From: Phyllosticta citribraziliensis
Taxonomy: Eukaryota
DNA: 64,000 nucleotides
Direction: 5' to 3'
NCBI RefSeq assembly: GCF_038025025.1
Contig: NW_027117340.1
Coordinates: 1,550,001 to 1,614,000, forward strand
The position numbers and the translations under genes were made by a program. Below the pieces are notes generated by a model. The model worked only from the letters and a program-made list of their open reading frames with translations. It was not told the DNA's origin and did not search any database. Every line of letters starts with the position of its first letter. Position 1 is the first letter of the stretch. Positions 38,049 to 49,734 of this stretch are shown here, piece by piece.

Positions 38049-39536
38049 GTTGGTTGACTTGTGACGCTGTACAGTGTAGAGGGCTTCTCAGTTAAGTACA
38101 GAAGAATGTGCTAAGTTTGCCCTGATACCTCCAGTTGAACCTAAAGACGGGGGACAGAGGAATGGACTGCAGGCTAGACCATCGGCGACAGAATAGAACA
38201 GACTGGTCCAAGCGGTTGAGCTTATACTTTGACCATGCAGTGAGACTAGTACGAGTTGTTGCTGGGCGATGACCGGCAATTCTGTTGACATATGACGCCA
38301 ATTGGACAAGGCCGACGGCCCAGATATGACAAGAGTAACGGCAACGTTGGCAAACGAATGAGCTGCGCGTCTCTCTCAAGCTGTCGAAATCCGAATCTTG
38401 GTGTTGGACTTTTTCTTTTCCGGGACCCCTCATGGCTCCGGCGGATCTGAGACTAGATTTAAACGGAACAGAACATGGCTGCCATTGGAATCCTATTCGC
38501 CCCAGACAGCGGGCCCACTGCACCAAATTGCGACTGCACAGCATGGCGCGGTCACTGGGTCAGGAAATTGAAAACGTTGTATACCGCTCTCTTCAGGGTC
38601 TGCATCTGCATTCAGGGGGACTCATGCTGGCCCAAGCCGTGCTAGATCTGCACGGGAAGCCGTTATCCGCACCCACAGGCCCTGGGCGGCACCGTTCGGT
38701 GGGAGGTAGTTGCATGAGCTGGCGACTGGCGTCGAAATGTGCGCAAAACGACATGAAGGCAGCGGTTTTAGCGTTGATGGAGTGAAGGCTGCCAGGTGTG
38801 GTTGGGAGGTTGGGGGTGGCGGCTCAGGTTCCGATTCGCTTAAGGCTTAGCGCCACGGTGACTAACACGCCTGGCCGCCCACCCGCTTCCTCGACCCAAC
38901 ACCAAACGGCGTCTCTCCGCACCTCTTCTGAGCAACTCTTACAACCTGACCCCGTATTCGCCGTGTCTCTTTTCGGCGCGATGATGAATTCTCTAATATC
39001 CACGTACGCTCGCTCGGCTGGCCACCCGGATATAGCTGACGAGGCACGGCACGCTCGGCCTGCCCTCGACCGAGATTCCCTCAGGATTGGATGGCTCATT
39101 GCCACGCTAAGCTGATTTGCAAGTATTTTCTCCTGCTCGATGTGCCGTGGGCAGTGCAAATTCTACTTTCTTTGTGTTGCAGCATAATATCAAGGCATTC
39201 ACTGGACCGCGGCAGCCACCAACAACCTGCCTTGTTCTGTTCGCACCGCCTATGCTTTCACCAAATAACATGTCAATCTTGGTCGCAAACAAACGACGCA
39301 TCCTGCGTCATGGGAAAACATCCGTAAGCCTCAGTCGAGTCCCAATCGCGTCATCTTACGTCTGCCCCCTTTGTCCTCACCTCGCCGAGCGCTTGATCCG
39401 GAATGCTTGTGACATTCCGCACGTGGACTTTCAGGGTCTTTGTTTTGGATGAAGACGGTCAAATGTGTTTGCGACACTCGCCTTCATGATGCGAAGGTTT
39501 CCTAGTCTACTCCTCTTCCATGTGAAGAAGTCGTGA

Positions 39537-42245
39537 ATGATGCCTTACAACCACCCAGTTGCGAGGTCTCTGTTTGCGCCGTCTTCACAGTCTTCGGACG
39601 GCGCAGACAAGCAGATTCCTTCATTTAGAGATTTTGTAAAGACTGCTCCGCCGCCAAATTCACCGCCACAGCACCCTTCACCTATTCAAACAGGCCAACC
39701 TGATTTTCGGCTTCCTGAAACATCATCCCCAGGCTCAGCCTCGACTCCCAATCCACATAGCAGAACTTCTGGAGAATCCTCGTGGACAAGACCTTCAACA
39801 TGGGATTACGACGACGCTCAATTCAAAACAGAATCAGAGTTGCAGTCCCCAGGTGGCTTTATTCTCCAACCTGAAACTTATGTTCCGCCCTCGCGAGACC
39901 GGGCTGATACAGATCGAGGCAATGGACCTGGGAAGCTTTTTCTGGAGCCAAGGGCATTTGACCCTCTTTTACCAGATACTTCGCCGCTTCCAAGCCCGGA
40001 ACCTTCGAACCGCCATCCGTTCGAGTACGAGACTATTGTAGAATTTTCTCCAAGGCCAGCGTCAGAGTCACCACCAAGAGCACCACTTCCACCAGTGCCC
40101 TTGAACGTGCCAGACAAGGTCAGAGAAACTTCTCTTTTGGGGAAATTCCCAACTCCTCCATCCCCGTCGCCTTCTGCAAATACAAAGGAGGCCCAACCCG
40201 TTACTCCAAGCTCTGTGTACGGAACTCCTGACCGCCATGGCCAGTCCATTTCAAATCACGGCTTGCAAACCCCAGATTCAACGCCAAGGGGCCGCAAAGT
40301 AACTCGAGATGGCTCGCCTGGAGACAGAGGGCTGGCCCACCAGTTCTCCATCCGCATCACGTCACCAAAGAAACTTGTTCCACGATCCGCAGCTCCCGGC
40401 GCCGACGACGAGTGGGAAGACTTTGAAGAGACGACCAGGCGAGTGACGCAGGATCGAATCTCTCATGACTACCACAAGGCTTTGGCAGAGCAGTATCGTG
40501 AACTCGCTGCTCCCACTCCAGATGTGTTTGAGGATGATGATGAACCGGCTCCATTGGACTGCCAGCCAATCTCCCCCGACGACGCCAACATGGCTCCGCA
40601 ACCTCTGAGACTCCAAAAGAGCCCGGTGGAGAGCCCACGCGACATAGAAACGATCAGCTTGGCAAGGGCTTTGAACGAGTTTGAAGGAGCGGACCAGGAA
40701 CCAGAACCAAAACCGCGGTCCCCATCTCCACCGCGACGCAGAGCGAGCATGCGAGAAAAGCTTCCAGCTCTGGCCACCGGAACTCTCCAGATGATCTTGC
40801 CATCCCAACATAACCGGAAGGCAAGCGAGACTAGTGCCACTAGCGGTGATATCCCTATCTCTGCACCGGCTGAGACCACCTCTTTTAGCGTCAACGAGAC
40901 GGCACCGGTGAAGGGAGGACCTTCAAATCCAGCCAGATACAACAGGCAGCGCCCTCGCAGTCGCGTTTACCCTGCTACCAAGAGATATTCGGGCATGTAC
41001 AGTTCTCGGCCACGCTCCATAATTCAGCCTGCAGAAACCAAGAAGTCCAAGAAGAGCAAGAAGAGCAAAAAGGACAAGGAGAACGACAAGTCCAAGCCGT
41101 ACACGCCTCCGCTTCCTCTAACCCTGCCTACCACACTGTCTACTGAATCCTCTCCACGGCCCTCTGCCGAAAGTCGCCGGCGCCTCCCTCCAGTATCACC
41201 TGTCCCTGGGACGCCCAGGTCCGCCACCGGTCGTCCATCAACGCCATCTGCTTTTGCCACAGTCAAAAGCACGACTCTTGCTCAAAGGCGCCTTGGGCCA
41301 CAGGGTCCAAATGCGCTCCAAAGATCAGGACTCAATCCACAGCAGCCGCTGGCGCGGCCACCCGCACCACTACCCCTGAAATCGCACTTTTCGCATTCTT
41401 CCTCCTCATCGGCTGCCTCGCCTCCACCATTTCTCTCGCCTGGTCCCACAACCGGTTCCTCGGCATCCAAAAGCCCACGTCTTACTCCGTCGGCGGGAAA
41501 TGCGCCTCACGCGCCCTCGCCGCTCCAGCACGGCCTCACCCACACTCAACTCTTTGCCCCTGGACTCGCTCTCACAACGTCTGAACCGAGCCCCACCCCC
41601 TCGCCGCCTTTGACGGCACCGGCGACTGTCGCACGCACTCCAAGTCCGTCAGTCGGATACCCACGACCGATGACCCGTGACGAGCCGTCCAAGTCGGCGA
41701 CGGCGGTGCACACGTCTTCGTCGTTAAAGCCTCGCCTGATGACGAAATCGAAGAGCGCCGCAGCGGCGTTGTCTTTACGTCCACATCGCGATCGCGGTCC
41801 GCCGCCCCCTCCACCACCCCCTCCGCATGACTACAACCCGCAACCGCGCATGTTCTCCCCGAGCTCCTCGGCTTTGCCCGCCTTCTCGCCGCGCTCCGCG
41901 CCGCTGCCGCCTTTGCACTCGGCGTCGTCTTCGTCCTCCGCCGCTACGACGTCGGCCTCGTTACCCGTAACGCCCATCTCGGCGGTGCCAGATGACACGC
42001 CTCGGCGATCGCTCGTCGGCCCTGGCCTCTCGCTGATGCGCAAGGCGGTTGAGATGCAGCGGGAGCGCAAGAGGGGCAAGGCGCGCGAGGAGTTGAAGCG
42101 TAGGATCAAAGTCGTCGGCGTCGATGGTGGCTCCGGTGTACAATCGATCAGCGCGGGCGGTACTGAGAGAAGCGCAGCAGGTTTGGGTAAGGGGAGAGTA
42201 GAAGTCTTGCAGGGAGAAGAGGGCAGAGCGAGAGAGTGGGTCTAG
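39537..42245 (+). CDS. Pro/Ser-rich, largely disordered hypothetical protein, 902 aa
   Basis: 2.7-kb intronless ORF; C-terminal basic helix ERKRGKAREELKRRIKVVG; no catalytic motif recognised. Confidence 0.75.
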   Translation: MMPYNHPVARSLFAPSSQSSDGADKQIPSFRDFVKTAPPPNSPPQHPSPIQTGQPDFRLPETSSPGSASTPNPHSRTSGESSWTRPSTWDYDDAQFKTESELQSPGGFILQPETYVPPSRDRADTDRGNGPGKLFLEPRAFDPLLPDTSPLPSPEPSNRHPFEYETIVEFSPRPASESPPRAPLPPVPLNVPDKVRETSLLGKFPTPPSPSPSANTKEAQPVTPSSVYGTPDRHGQSISNHGLQTPDSTPRGRKVTRDGSPGDRGLAHQFSIRITSPKKLVPRSAAPGADDEWEDFEETTRRVTQDRISHDYHKALAEQYRELAAPTPDVFEDDDEPAPLDCQPISPDDANMAPQPLRLQKSPVESPRDIETISLARALNEFEGADQEPEPKPRSPSPPRRRASMREKLPALATGTLQMILPSQHNRKASETSATSGDIPISAPAETTSFSVNETAPVKGGPSNPARYNRQRPRSRVYPATKRYSGMYSSRPRSIIQPAETKKSKKSKKSKKDKENDKSKPYTPPLPLTLPTTLSTESSPRPSAESRRRLPPVSPVPGTPRSATGRPSTPSAFATVKSTTLAQRRLGPQGPNALQRSGLNPQQPLARPPAPLPLKSHFSHSSSSSAASPPPFLSPGPTTGSSASKSPRLTPSAGNAPHAPSPLQHGLTHTQLFAPGLALTTSEPSPTPSPPLTAPATVARTPSPSVGYPRPMTRDEPSKSATAVHTSSSLKPRLMTKSKSAAAALSLRPHRDRGPPPPPPPPPHDYNPQPRMFSPSSSALPAFSPRSAPLPPLHSASSSSSAATTSASLPVTPISAVPDDTPRRSLVGPGLSLMRKAVEMQRERKRGKAREELKRRIKVVGVDGGSGVQSISAGGTERSAAGLGKGRVEVLQGEEGRAREWV

Positions 42246-42608
42246 GAGTTGCGAGTATAGCTCAGTACTGTTCTTCAGCAAGCACAGGTCAGATGAGAAG
42301 TCTCGTGCGTCTGACGAAGTGAGTTCAGGGAACCCATTTGCTTGTTGTAGAGGAAGAGATGTCGGCAGGGAATGCTGAGGTCCGCTAGAAAGAGAAACCA
42401 CCGTGCGTCTACATTCTCCTGGAGCTCATATTTTTCACCAATCATACATCACGCCTGCATAAAAGGACCCTGAGCAGAAGAAATACATTCTTTCTCATTG
42501 CCCTTGACCAACGAATGTGGACCCCCCTGCAACACGCATGCTGCTGCTGTCGACCCAATCTGTTAAACGTTCGTTTTGAGGACTTTCGGCAAGTGGATCC
42601 ATGTCTGC

Positions 42609-43170
42609 TCACATGGAGCGAATATGATCTATAAGCGTTTGAACCTTGACATCGAGTCTTTCCAGCTGATCCTTGAGCTGATTGAATTCCGTACGAGAGA
42701 CCGTGGCATCGCCGTCTCCAACTAAAATCGGGATATCCTCCAAGTTGATGGGTTCGTCGTCCTCCTCCATCTTAATCTTTGGCTTTGGGCTTTCCTAGTG
42801 CATCGGGATATCCTCCAAGTTGGGGGGTTCGTCGTCGTCCTCTATCTTGATCGTAGTCGACGATGTTTCATCGGCACTCTGTGTCCCTTCCACAGGAACA
42901 TCCTGTCTAGACACGTCCTCTGACGCTTTGGGAGCTTTTGCGCTGCGGTATTTGTGCGAGAAAGGATCGGAAGCTGCAAGGAGATTCTTAGCAAGGTCTC
43001 GAGCTGGAAGAGCCGAATCACCAACGTCGCTTGGGAGACTCTTGTCGCACTTGTTCATTTTCATGTTGCAGGCGACGTTGCTCTTCGCGAATCTGCCGCA
43101 GTCTCTGTTCGTGCCGCCGGTGGTGCTCGTGTATCTTTTCTACAATCTTAGGATCTAGTTCCGCGATTTC
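42609..43170 (-). pseudogene. Disrupted gene relic: coiled-coil segment, apparent frameshift, in-frame TAG (42797-42795), duplicated 25-aa acidic motif and C-terminal coiled coil
   Basis: The frame continues past the TAG as ESPKPKIKMEEDDEPINLEDIPILVGDGDATVSRTEFNQLKDQLERLDVKVQTLIDHIRSM*; an upstream frame reads ELDPKIVEKIHEHHRRHEQRLRQIREEQRRLQHENEQVRQ. Confidence 0.5.
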
Positions 43171-43834
43171 GAAACCCTGCGAGGCGCTCAGGGAGATTGT
43201 GAATAGACGGCCATTCAGTCAGGCGTGGAAGACGTACTGGATCACGCATTGTGGAAGCAGATAGATATGCTCTGAGTGGGATGAAGATGTGGATGAGATG
43301 TGTTTTGAAGTTCTTCAGGTTGGAAGGCAGGACGAAGTTGGATGTCGTTAACTACATGTGGCTTTGCCTGGGAAGTCTTTCTATGGAGAGTCAGGAGGGA
43401 GCCTTCCTACTTGGACGACTATCTCTTTGTCTGAGCGAGGAATTGACGCTCGGAGCCCCTGCTATTCCACTGCGTGGGGTAGACTGAGCTGCCCCATGTT
43501 GTCCACTCCCCCATATTCCTAATGCCATCAATTCAAACCAAAATGAAATGGCCTGCAGGGTTATCAAGATCAAGGAGCGAGCTTTAAAAGAGGAGAAAGT
43601 ACAAAATTAGACTTCGAAGGGCAAGAGAAAGGTATCCAAACAATCCAGAGATGTGGTGAGGTCGGCTCCTACCCTCACTGGAGGAGCGTCCGTAGCTGAC
43701 TGATCATGGAAAGGCCAAAGCAGCATCGCTACGACAATGAACAGGCTGGGCGATGCGAGAGGGAACGTGGGGAGCTGATGTTGGTACTAAATTCCGTCTC
43801 GTCATCCTTTGGAATTCCATCTTCGAATCCCTTT

Positions 43835-43851
43835 CCCCCCCCCCCCCCCCC
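43835..43851. repeat. Poly-C homopolymer (C17)
   Basis: Read directly from the sequence. Confidence 0.9.
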
Positions 43852-43880
43852 TTCGCAGTTCCATTTCTCATGAACTCACA

Positions 43881-44209
43881 GGGCGGCTGCAACTTCCTTG
43901 GCTAACCTCGCCGCCGCTGCTACAACTACTAGGACGCCTCCTGGGAAAAGAAGGAATGCACTTTCGCTCCCAAGTCCGTTTCGCAGCAATGGCTTCTTTG
44001 AAAATCAGAACATTGAAAAAGACGACAAGGAAAAGGAGGAGACCATGGACGTCGACTAGGAGGAGTGTGAAGAAGCCTTGGACGATCACAATGACTACAA
44101 AACCAAATTTGAGGATATGGATCAGGACGAAGACGATGACAGAGCTCCTATGGGGTAAATCAGTCTACCGGTGATGCCTCTTGAAGATATGCTGACTGTG
44201 GTTCAGCAG
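43881..44209 (+). pseudogene. Acidic exon-like relic with in-frame TAG (44057-44059), followed by a GT-AG intron-like sequence 44155-44206
   Basis: The frame reads ...NGFFENQNIEKDDKEKEETMDVD*EECEEALDDHNDYKTKFEDMDQDEDDDRAPMG, then GTAAAT...GCTGAC...TTCAG. Confidence 0.35.
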
Positions 44210-45122
44210 CCAAAGCGGACAGATGCCCAGAAACTTGGCGATTAGAAGTCGAGTTTGGTCGTAGTGTCACATTTTCTTGCCCTCTTGGTCTAGTCCCAGT
44301 GTCATACAGCCCAGTGTGTTATCACTATCGATGGAATGAAAGGACTTCTTCGCGCTTCATTCAGTGCCTTTTCCACATCTTGCACCGTGTTCTGGCAGAA
44401 CGCAGAACCACTCAATCAAATTCTGTGTTTGAAACTGCTGCGAAAGATTCCCATTACACCGTCAGGATGGCGAAGTCTTCAAGAAAATCTGCTTCAGTAT
44501 CTCTCAGGGGGTAGAAGTGATTTTGTAGATATAACGAAATTTCTCGGCGGACTCTCATAGAAAATCGCGGACAACCAGAACATGCGCAAAATAATCCATC
44601 CCGCTCGAATCCAGCTCGACTCGTGCTTCATTCACCGCTCTGCCACTTCGACGCCAATTCTCAACCAAGAAAATCACAGCGCATCAGTCTGCGGCGCGCA
44701 GTCAGGAAAACGCAGCGTGAGATGACCGGCGGCCGAGGCGGTGTTGCGTTGCACCAGTCGACAGGCCAACCTAACCTTGCAGGGAGGGAGGTGTCTGTGC
44801 CGCGTCAGCGGGCCGCCACACCCGCTGCCAGGCTGGGGGCCCGACCGGACCGCCTCCTCGCCTCGTCATGGACTTCACCAACACATTGCGGAACCAAGGG
44901 AATTTTGGTTCGCTAAGGGCGCTAAAAGCATCACTGTGACTGGTAGAGTACTAAGTCCCATGGTCCCCACGCGACTGCCAGGTTCTGTGCACTGTCCAGC
45001 GACCAGGGGACACTTGCTCACTTCGAAACAGTCCCTGACGTACATGTATATATTGACAACAATTTGCTCCGCCTTCAACAACCGGCAGTACTCCAAGTCC
45101 TGAGCGACGGAGGTGTCCAATC

Positions 45123-45225
45123 GGCACTTTGGCGGAGTGGTTAACGCGCTGGCCTGCTATTGTCTTATCCGATCATATCCAAGCCAGTTCCTTCGGGAGC
45201 GAGAGTTCGAATCTCTCAGGTGTCG
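45123..45225 (+). tRNA. tRNA-Ser (anticodon GCT) with 22-nt intron 45160-45181
   Basis: Acceptor stem GGCACTT/AGGTGTC with G discriminator; A-box TGGCGGAGTGG; anticodon arm CTGGC-CT-GCT-A[intron]A-GCCAG; long variable arm; T-arm GAGAG-TTCGAAT-CTCTC; downstream T-tract near 45242. Confidence 0.95.
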
Positions 45226-45309
45226 CGTAAAAGTCCGAAGATTTTTCTTTTTGCTGTTTTGAGGGTCGTGGCAGGTGTTGGGATGGAGAGGTTGATGTTT
45301 TCAGGGCTT

Positions 45310-45590
45310 CGGATTTTTTGTTTTATTTTTCTCTCTCGGTGTTGGTTTGGTGGGTGTTGGGGGAAGGGGACTGACTGGCTGACGGGCTGGCCGTACTTGT
45401 TCTCCTGCACCAAACCTCGTCTGTGCTTTAGAAACGACGGAAAGGAGTGGTTGATATGTCGGGGGTTTTGGAATTTCTTTCTCTCGACTTTGGTTTGGTG
45501 GGTGTTGGGGGATGGAGCTGGCTGGCGGGCTGGCGGTACATGTTCATCTGCAGCAGACCTCGTCTGTGCTTTGGAAGCGATGGAATACAT
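45310..45590. repeat. Diverged tandem duplication, ~150-bp unit, two copies
   Basis: TTGGTTTGGTGGGTGTTGGGGGA...ACCTCGTCTGTGCTTT..AA.CGA.GGAA occurs at ~45342-45442 and ~45490-45585. Confidence 0.85.
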
Positions 45591-46355
45591 GCATCAAATT
45601 TTTGTTTGTTTGAGTAATGACAGCATGTGGCTGGGCGCTGAGCTCTCCGGGGGATTGTTGACGTTATCTTGTGGAAAAGTGAAGGAGCTCCATGAATAAC
45701 CGACTGCCTACAATAGCGAGACCTTGTGTTCTCTCATGAGACAGACAACAAAAAAACCCTACGCATGCAAGGTTGCACGTACGGACTCAGCTCGACTGAG
45801 GCACATCAAGGATAATTCATAACAAGATCACACAGAAAAAGCGACGTGGACAAGTGTACAATGCAATCGATTCTTTTATGGCCCCCTATTCTGCGCATCA
45901 AATGCATCCATCCATCACGCATCAATGTCAACCCAGTACACACACCTGTGCGTAATTGACAGCAGGCTCGCTAGCTCGCTCGCTTCTATGCGGCTGCTGC
46001 TTGCCTCTGTTGGGTCATGCGCCTTACTATCCCGATCCCCTATTCTTCCATCCGTCCATGGCAGCCAACCATGATGCACCAATCCACATAAGTAGCCTAG
46101 CTGACCCGTGCTGCCGAACCGGTGGTAATGCAAGACATGCCAAACGAAGATGATAGTCAAGCTCATCCCGCTCTTTCCGTGCCAGAGAGGATGGGAGACG
46201 AAGGAGAAGAGCGAGAGAGAAAGGAAAATAAAGAAAAAGAGACAAGAAAAATGCAACTGTACAAGATAAACGACGTGACGCGAGAGAAAAAGGCCATCTC
46301 TATCCAAACACCGCCCACCATGCGTGCAGCTAGCTCGATTCAAAACAGTCAACAA

Positions 46356-48902
46356 CTACTTCAACCTCTTGCGGCCCTCGTCACTAGACCCACTACCGCT
46401 GCCGCTGCCGCTGCCACTGCGGCCCATCATGCCAGCCTTTTCGTCAAATTCATCATCATCGTCGCGATCCCGGTAGCCGTCGTCGCTCTCGCTAAACAGG
46501 TCCTCGTCGCTTTCGCCCGCAAACGCATCGTACAGCTCGCCAGCGCGGCGCTTGCCTTTGCGACCTGCGCCCGCGCCGTTGGCCCCGTCGCCGTCCTCGT
46601 CCTCGTCGCCAACGAGCTCGAATTCGTACTCGGAGCGCGGATTGTTGCGCAGGCGCTTGCGACGCGCCCACCAAAAGTAGCCGGCCAGCGAAGCGCAGAA
46701 GAGGGCAATGAGCGCAAGAGAACCGTAGATCCAGATTTGCGTGCGTTTGGAGACGCCAAAGGTTGGGAACGGCGAAGGGAGGAATGCGTCCGAGGTGGAA
46801 TCCTCTGCTCCTTCGGCAGGAGTCTCGAAGCCAGCCGTAGCGGTCGGGAGCGAGGGCGCGGTCGTGGCGGCGGTGCCTGTGGGCTTGGGTTTGGTTGGGC
46901 GGTCGGGCGAGTCGGTTGGGGGGACCGAGGCGGTGGCCGTGGCCGTAGGGACGGGGAGGATGGTGGTCTGTGGAGGCGTGACGATGACATCGTGGTCGTC
47001 GTCTTCGTGCTCGTCGGGCATGGGGATAAGGCCCTGGCTTTTGGCGTCTATGCACTCGCCGTACAGGCGAAGTCTCCAGTCCGTAAAAGTGCCCTTGTGC
47101 TCGTTGACGTTGGTGTCCTTGACGATGACGGTCCAGTTACCAATGCCATGTTCGCCCCAATGCGCAACAGACATGAAGGTCCAATCCACGTAGCCTTCGT
47201 TGTAGTCGTCGTGGCGCCGCGCCGTCGAGAGGTGGCTGACGACGCCGCTGGGGCTGCGGAGCTCGACGCTAAGGTCGCCACGGCGCGTGTGCTCGACATT
47301 CATGGTGACCGTAACATGCTCAATGGTCTCGAGATTGACTTTTTTGAGCATGTCTTTGCTGACTTCAAAGGTGCTGGCCAGACCCGCTTGGCCTTGGGGA
47401 ACTTCATGCTTGACGTGCATCCAGGGCGAAAAGTACCACGCCTGGGGCTTGCGAAGCTCCCATTTCTCGGCGGCATGGACGATGGAATAGGCATCCATCT
47501 TGCCATAGCCGAATTGGTGGCTGTATTTGCCGTAGGGCGTGTCCTGCCATTCGCCGACGAGTCCTTCAGTCACGGCAGTCTCAATGGTGAGCCACTGAAC
47601 GTCGCGCCAGGTCAGCTCAGGCCGAACCGAGAGTACGAGAGCGTAGATGGCGGCGGCGAGCGGGCCAGCGGCAGAAGTGCCTCCGTGGGTGCTGCTGCAC
47701 TTGTCGGTGCCTACGTCGGTGGTGTGGATCCCGTCAGTCGGGCCGCTGCTGTACGTGACGACCAGCTGAGCCGAGCACTGCTCCGAGTAATAGGGGTGCT
47801 GGTTGTGCTTGGTGATGGCCCCAACCGTGACGCTGTAGATGCTGTTCGTGTACCCGTCAAAGTTGCAGTTGTCGTCGTTGGCGGCGCCGTTACCTGCCGC
47901 AAAGACGTAAATGGAACCTTTACCGTGGCGGCCGTTTTGGACCCCGTTGACAATGGCCTTTTTGATGAGAATTCCGGGGGCGTCCATGGAGGCACCGTCG
48001 TCGGGCGGACCCCACGAGCACGAGTAAATGTGGTTCTCGTTCATGGCGTAATTCATGGCAAGGGCCTCGTCGGCGTCGGTGATGCCTCCAGACAAGATGC
48101 GAACACCGGCGACCTTGGCATCATAGGCCACGCCGACTCCACAGATGTTATTCTTGACAGCTGCAACCTCGCCGGCACATCTCGTTCCATGTCTATCGTC
48201 AGAAAGTCGGGGCTTTGGGTCCTTGACGTGGTCGTTGAAATCATAAGATCCGGCTTGAAAGTAGTTCTCCTTGAGGTCGTTGCTATCCATGTCCAGACCA
48301 TCGTCTACAATGCACACGGTCGAGTTTGCGCCAGTAATGCCTTCCAGCCACAGCCCAGTGACATTCAAGTCGTTGCTGAGCTGCTTGCCGTTGAACAGAT
48401 GCCACTGTTCCTTGAAAATGGGGTCTTGGATTTCGAGAGACTCGACCAGGTTTGAGTGAAATAGTGCGGCAGCCTCGGTTGTTGAGGGCATAGCGACAGC
48501 TCCGGACCACGAGTCAGATACGTCGACGCGCACAGGAGCCGGGACCGGACCTCTCTTGACCAGACGTTTCGCCGCTTTTTGCTTTTGGTGGAATTTAACG
48601 TGGTCGAGAGGACTTTGCTCAAACGGGAGATCCCTCTTCCGTCTGCGCCTCTTGAGTTCGGTAACGGCGTCGCCAACAAGGTCATGGTTGTGCTTTGTGG
48701 TGCGAAACAGGTGGTGGCGGTCGATGTCGCCGAGCGGACCGTCGTATTCGAGGCCGAGATGTTGCGCGACATGGGCGGGCGAGGAATCGGGGTGCAGTTC
48801 GAGGGCATAAAAGTCGTGGGTGTTGTAGTCGCGCGGAGGGAGGTCTTGAGCGCAATAGGCCGAGGCCGCCGCCAGCAGCGTGTAAAGGAGGGAGCGCCGC
48901 AT
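46356..48902 (-). CDS. KEX2: Kexin (Kex2-like proprotein convertase, peptidase S8B), ~848 aa, intronless
   Basis: Signal peptide, propeptide ending RLVKR, catalytic VDDG / HGTRCAGE / AAGNG / GTSAA, P-domain (EHVTVTMNVEHTRRGDL), S/T-rich stalk, TM helix and cytosolic YEFE/acidic tail. Confidence 0.96.
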   Translation of the reverse strand: MRRSLLYTLLAAASAYCAQDLPPRDYNTHDFYALELHPDSSPAHVAQHLGLEYDGPLGDIDRHHLFRTTKHNHDLVGDAVTELKRRRRKRDLPFEQSPLDHVKFHQKQKAAKRLVKRGPVPAPVRVDVSDSWSGAVAMPSTTEAAALFHSNLVESLEIQDPIFKEQWHLFNGKQLSNDLNVTGLWLEGITGANSTVCIVDDGLDMDSNDLKENYFQAGSYDFNDHVKDPKPRLSDDRHGTRCAGEVAAVKNNICGVGVAYDAKVAGVRILSGGITDADEALAMNYAMNENHIYSCSWGPPDDGASMDAPGILIKKAIVNGVQNGRHGKGSIYVFAAGNGAANDDNCNFDGYTNSIYSVTVGAITKHNQHPYYSEQCSAQLVVTYSSGPTDGIHTTDVGTDKCSSTHGGTSAAGPLAAAIYALVLSVRPELTWRDVQWLTIETAVTEGLVGEWQDTPYGKYSHQFGYGKMDAYSIVHAAEKWELRKPQAWYFSPWMHVKHEVPQGQAGLASTFEVSKDMLKKVNLETIEHVTVTMNVEHTRRGDLSVELRSPSGVVSHLSTARRHDDYNEGYVDWTFMSVAHWGEHGIGNWTVIVKDTNVNEHKGTFTDWRLRLYGECIDAKSQGLIPMPDEHEDDDHDVIVTPPQTTILPVPTATATASVPPTDSPDRPTKPKPTGTAATTAPSLPTATAGFETPAEGAEDSTSDAFLPSPFPTFGVSKRTQIWIYGSLALIALFCASLAGYFWWARRKRLRNNPRSEYEFELVGDEDEDGDGANGAGAGRKGKRRAGELYDAFAGESDEDLFSESDDGYRDRDDDDEFDEKAGMMGRSGSGSGSGSGSSDEGRKRLK

Positions 48903-49734
48903 AGCGACGCGCAAAGAGGCCGTGGTCGAGGAGGGTGAGGGAGGAAGCGCAGGTCGGCGGAGGAGCGACTCTGGAGAAAGGGTGGGGACAAGTTAGCGGC
49001 CGTTGTCGAGCTAGTGTCGTAGGCGGGCCAAGCGCGTACAGTGAAGCGGTAGTGTGAGGGAGAGGTGAGCAGAGCAGAGCAGAGCAGACCCTGAGACCCA
49101 GAGGAGGATCGGATGGGTGGATGGGTGGCAGAAGAGGACAAAGGTCAAGGAGCGACAGAGGTGAGAACAGGTGTCTGCGACATGATGAGCGGTCGTCGTC
49201 GTCAGGTAAGGCTAGGCAAGGGGAGTGAAAGGGACGGCAAGCCAAGGGACAGACAAGAAGCACAAGCAGCACCAGCGTCAAAGCAGCGGGCCAATTCAGG
49301 GCCTAAAACGGGGCCATATTCCGCAGTCTGCCCTGGCACTGTAACCACCACCACTGGACCTGCTTCACTCTACATTTCCTACCACATGCAGCTTCACGGC
49401 GCCTCGACTGTGGCTGGCCGGCATATGCCAGCCACATCACCACCTGCTGCTGCAGCTTCCCTGCCTGCTCGCACACTCAATTCACCGCTCAGCTCGCCCA
49501 GGTCTTGCTCTTCCGCCCATCTCACATCTGCATCGTCATGGTCGCCTTTTGCCCAACGTCTTGATCCATTGATTACCGCCCACCTCCCGCGCCATCTTGG
49601 GCGCAGCCTTGAGCCTTCCACTCCTCCGCCCTCTCCGCACCCTCGCATTGCTGCTGCTGCAACCCAACGCTCCATTCTCACCCGACTCCCCCAATATGCT
49701 CTTCTAACCTCCAGTCTGCGTCAAGTCCGTCACC

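Noticed and set aside
44900..44915. Sm-site-like AATTTTGG within a short hairpin upstream of the tRNA
   Set aside because: No recognisable snRNA sequence around it; likely chance.
46122..48455. 777-aa plus-strand ORF antisense to kexin
   Set aside because: Shadow ORF: GC3-biased codons of the real gene suppress stops on the opposite strand, and it has no motifs.
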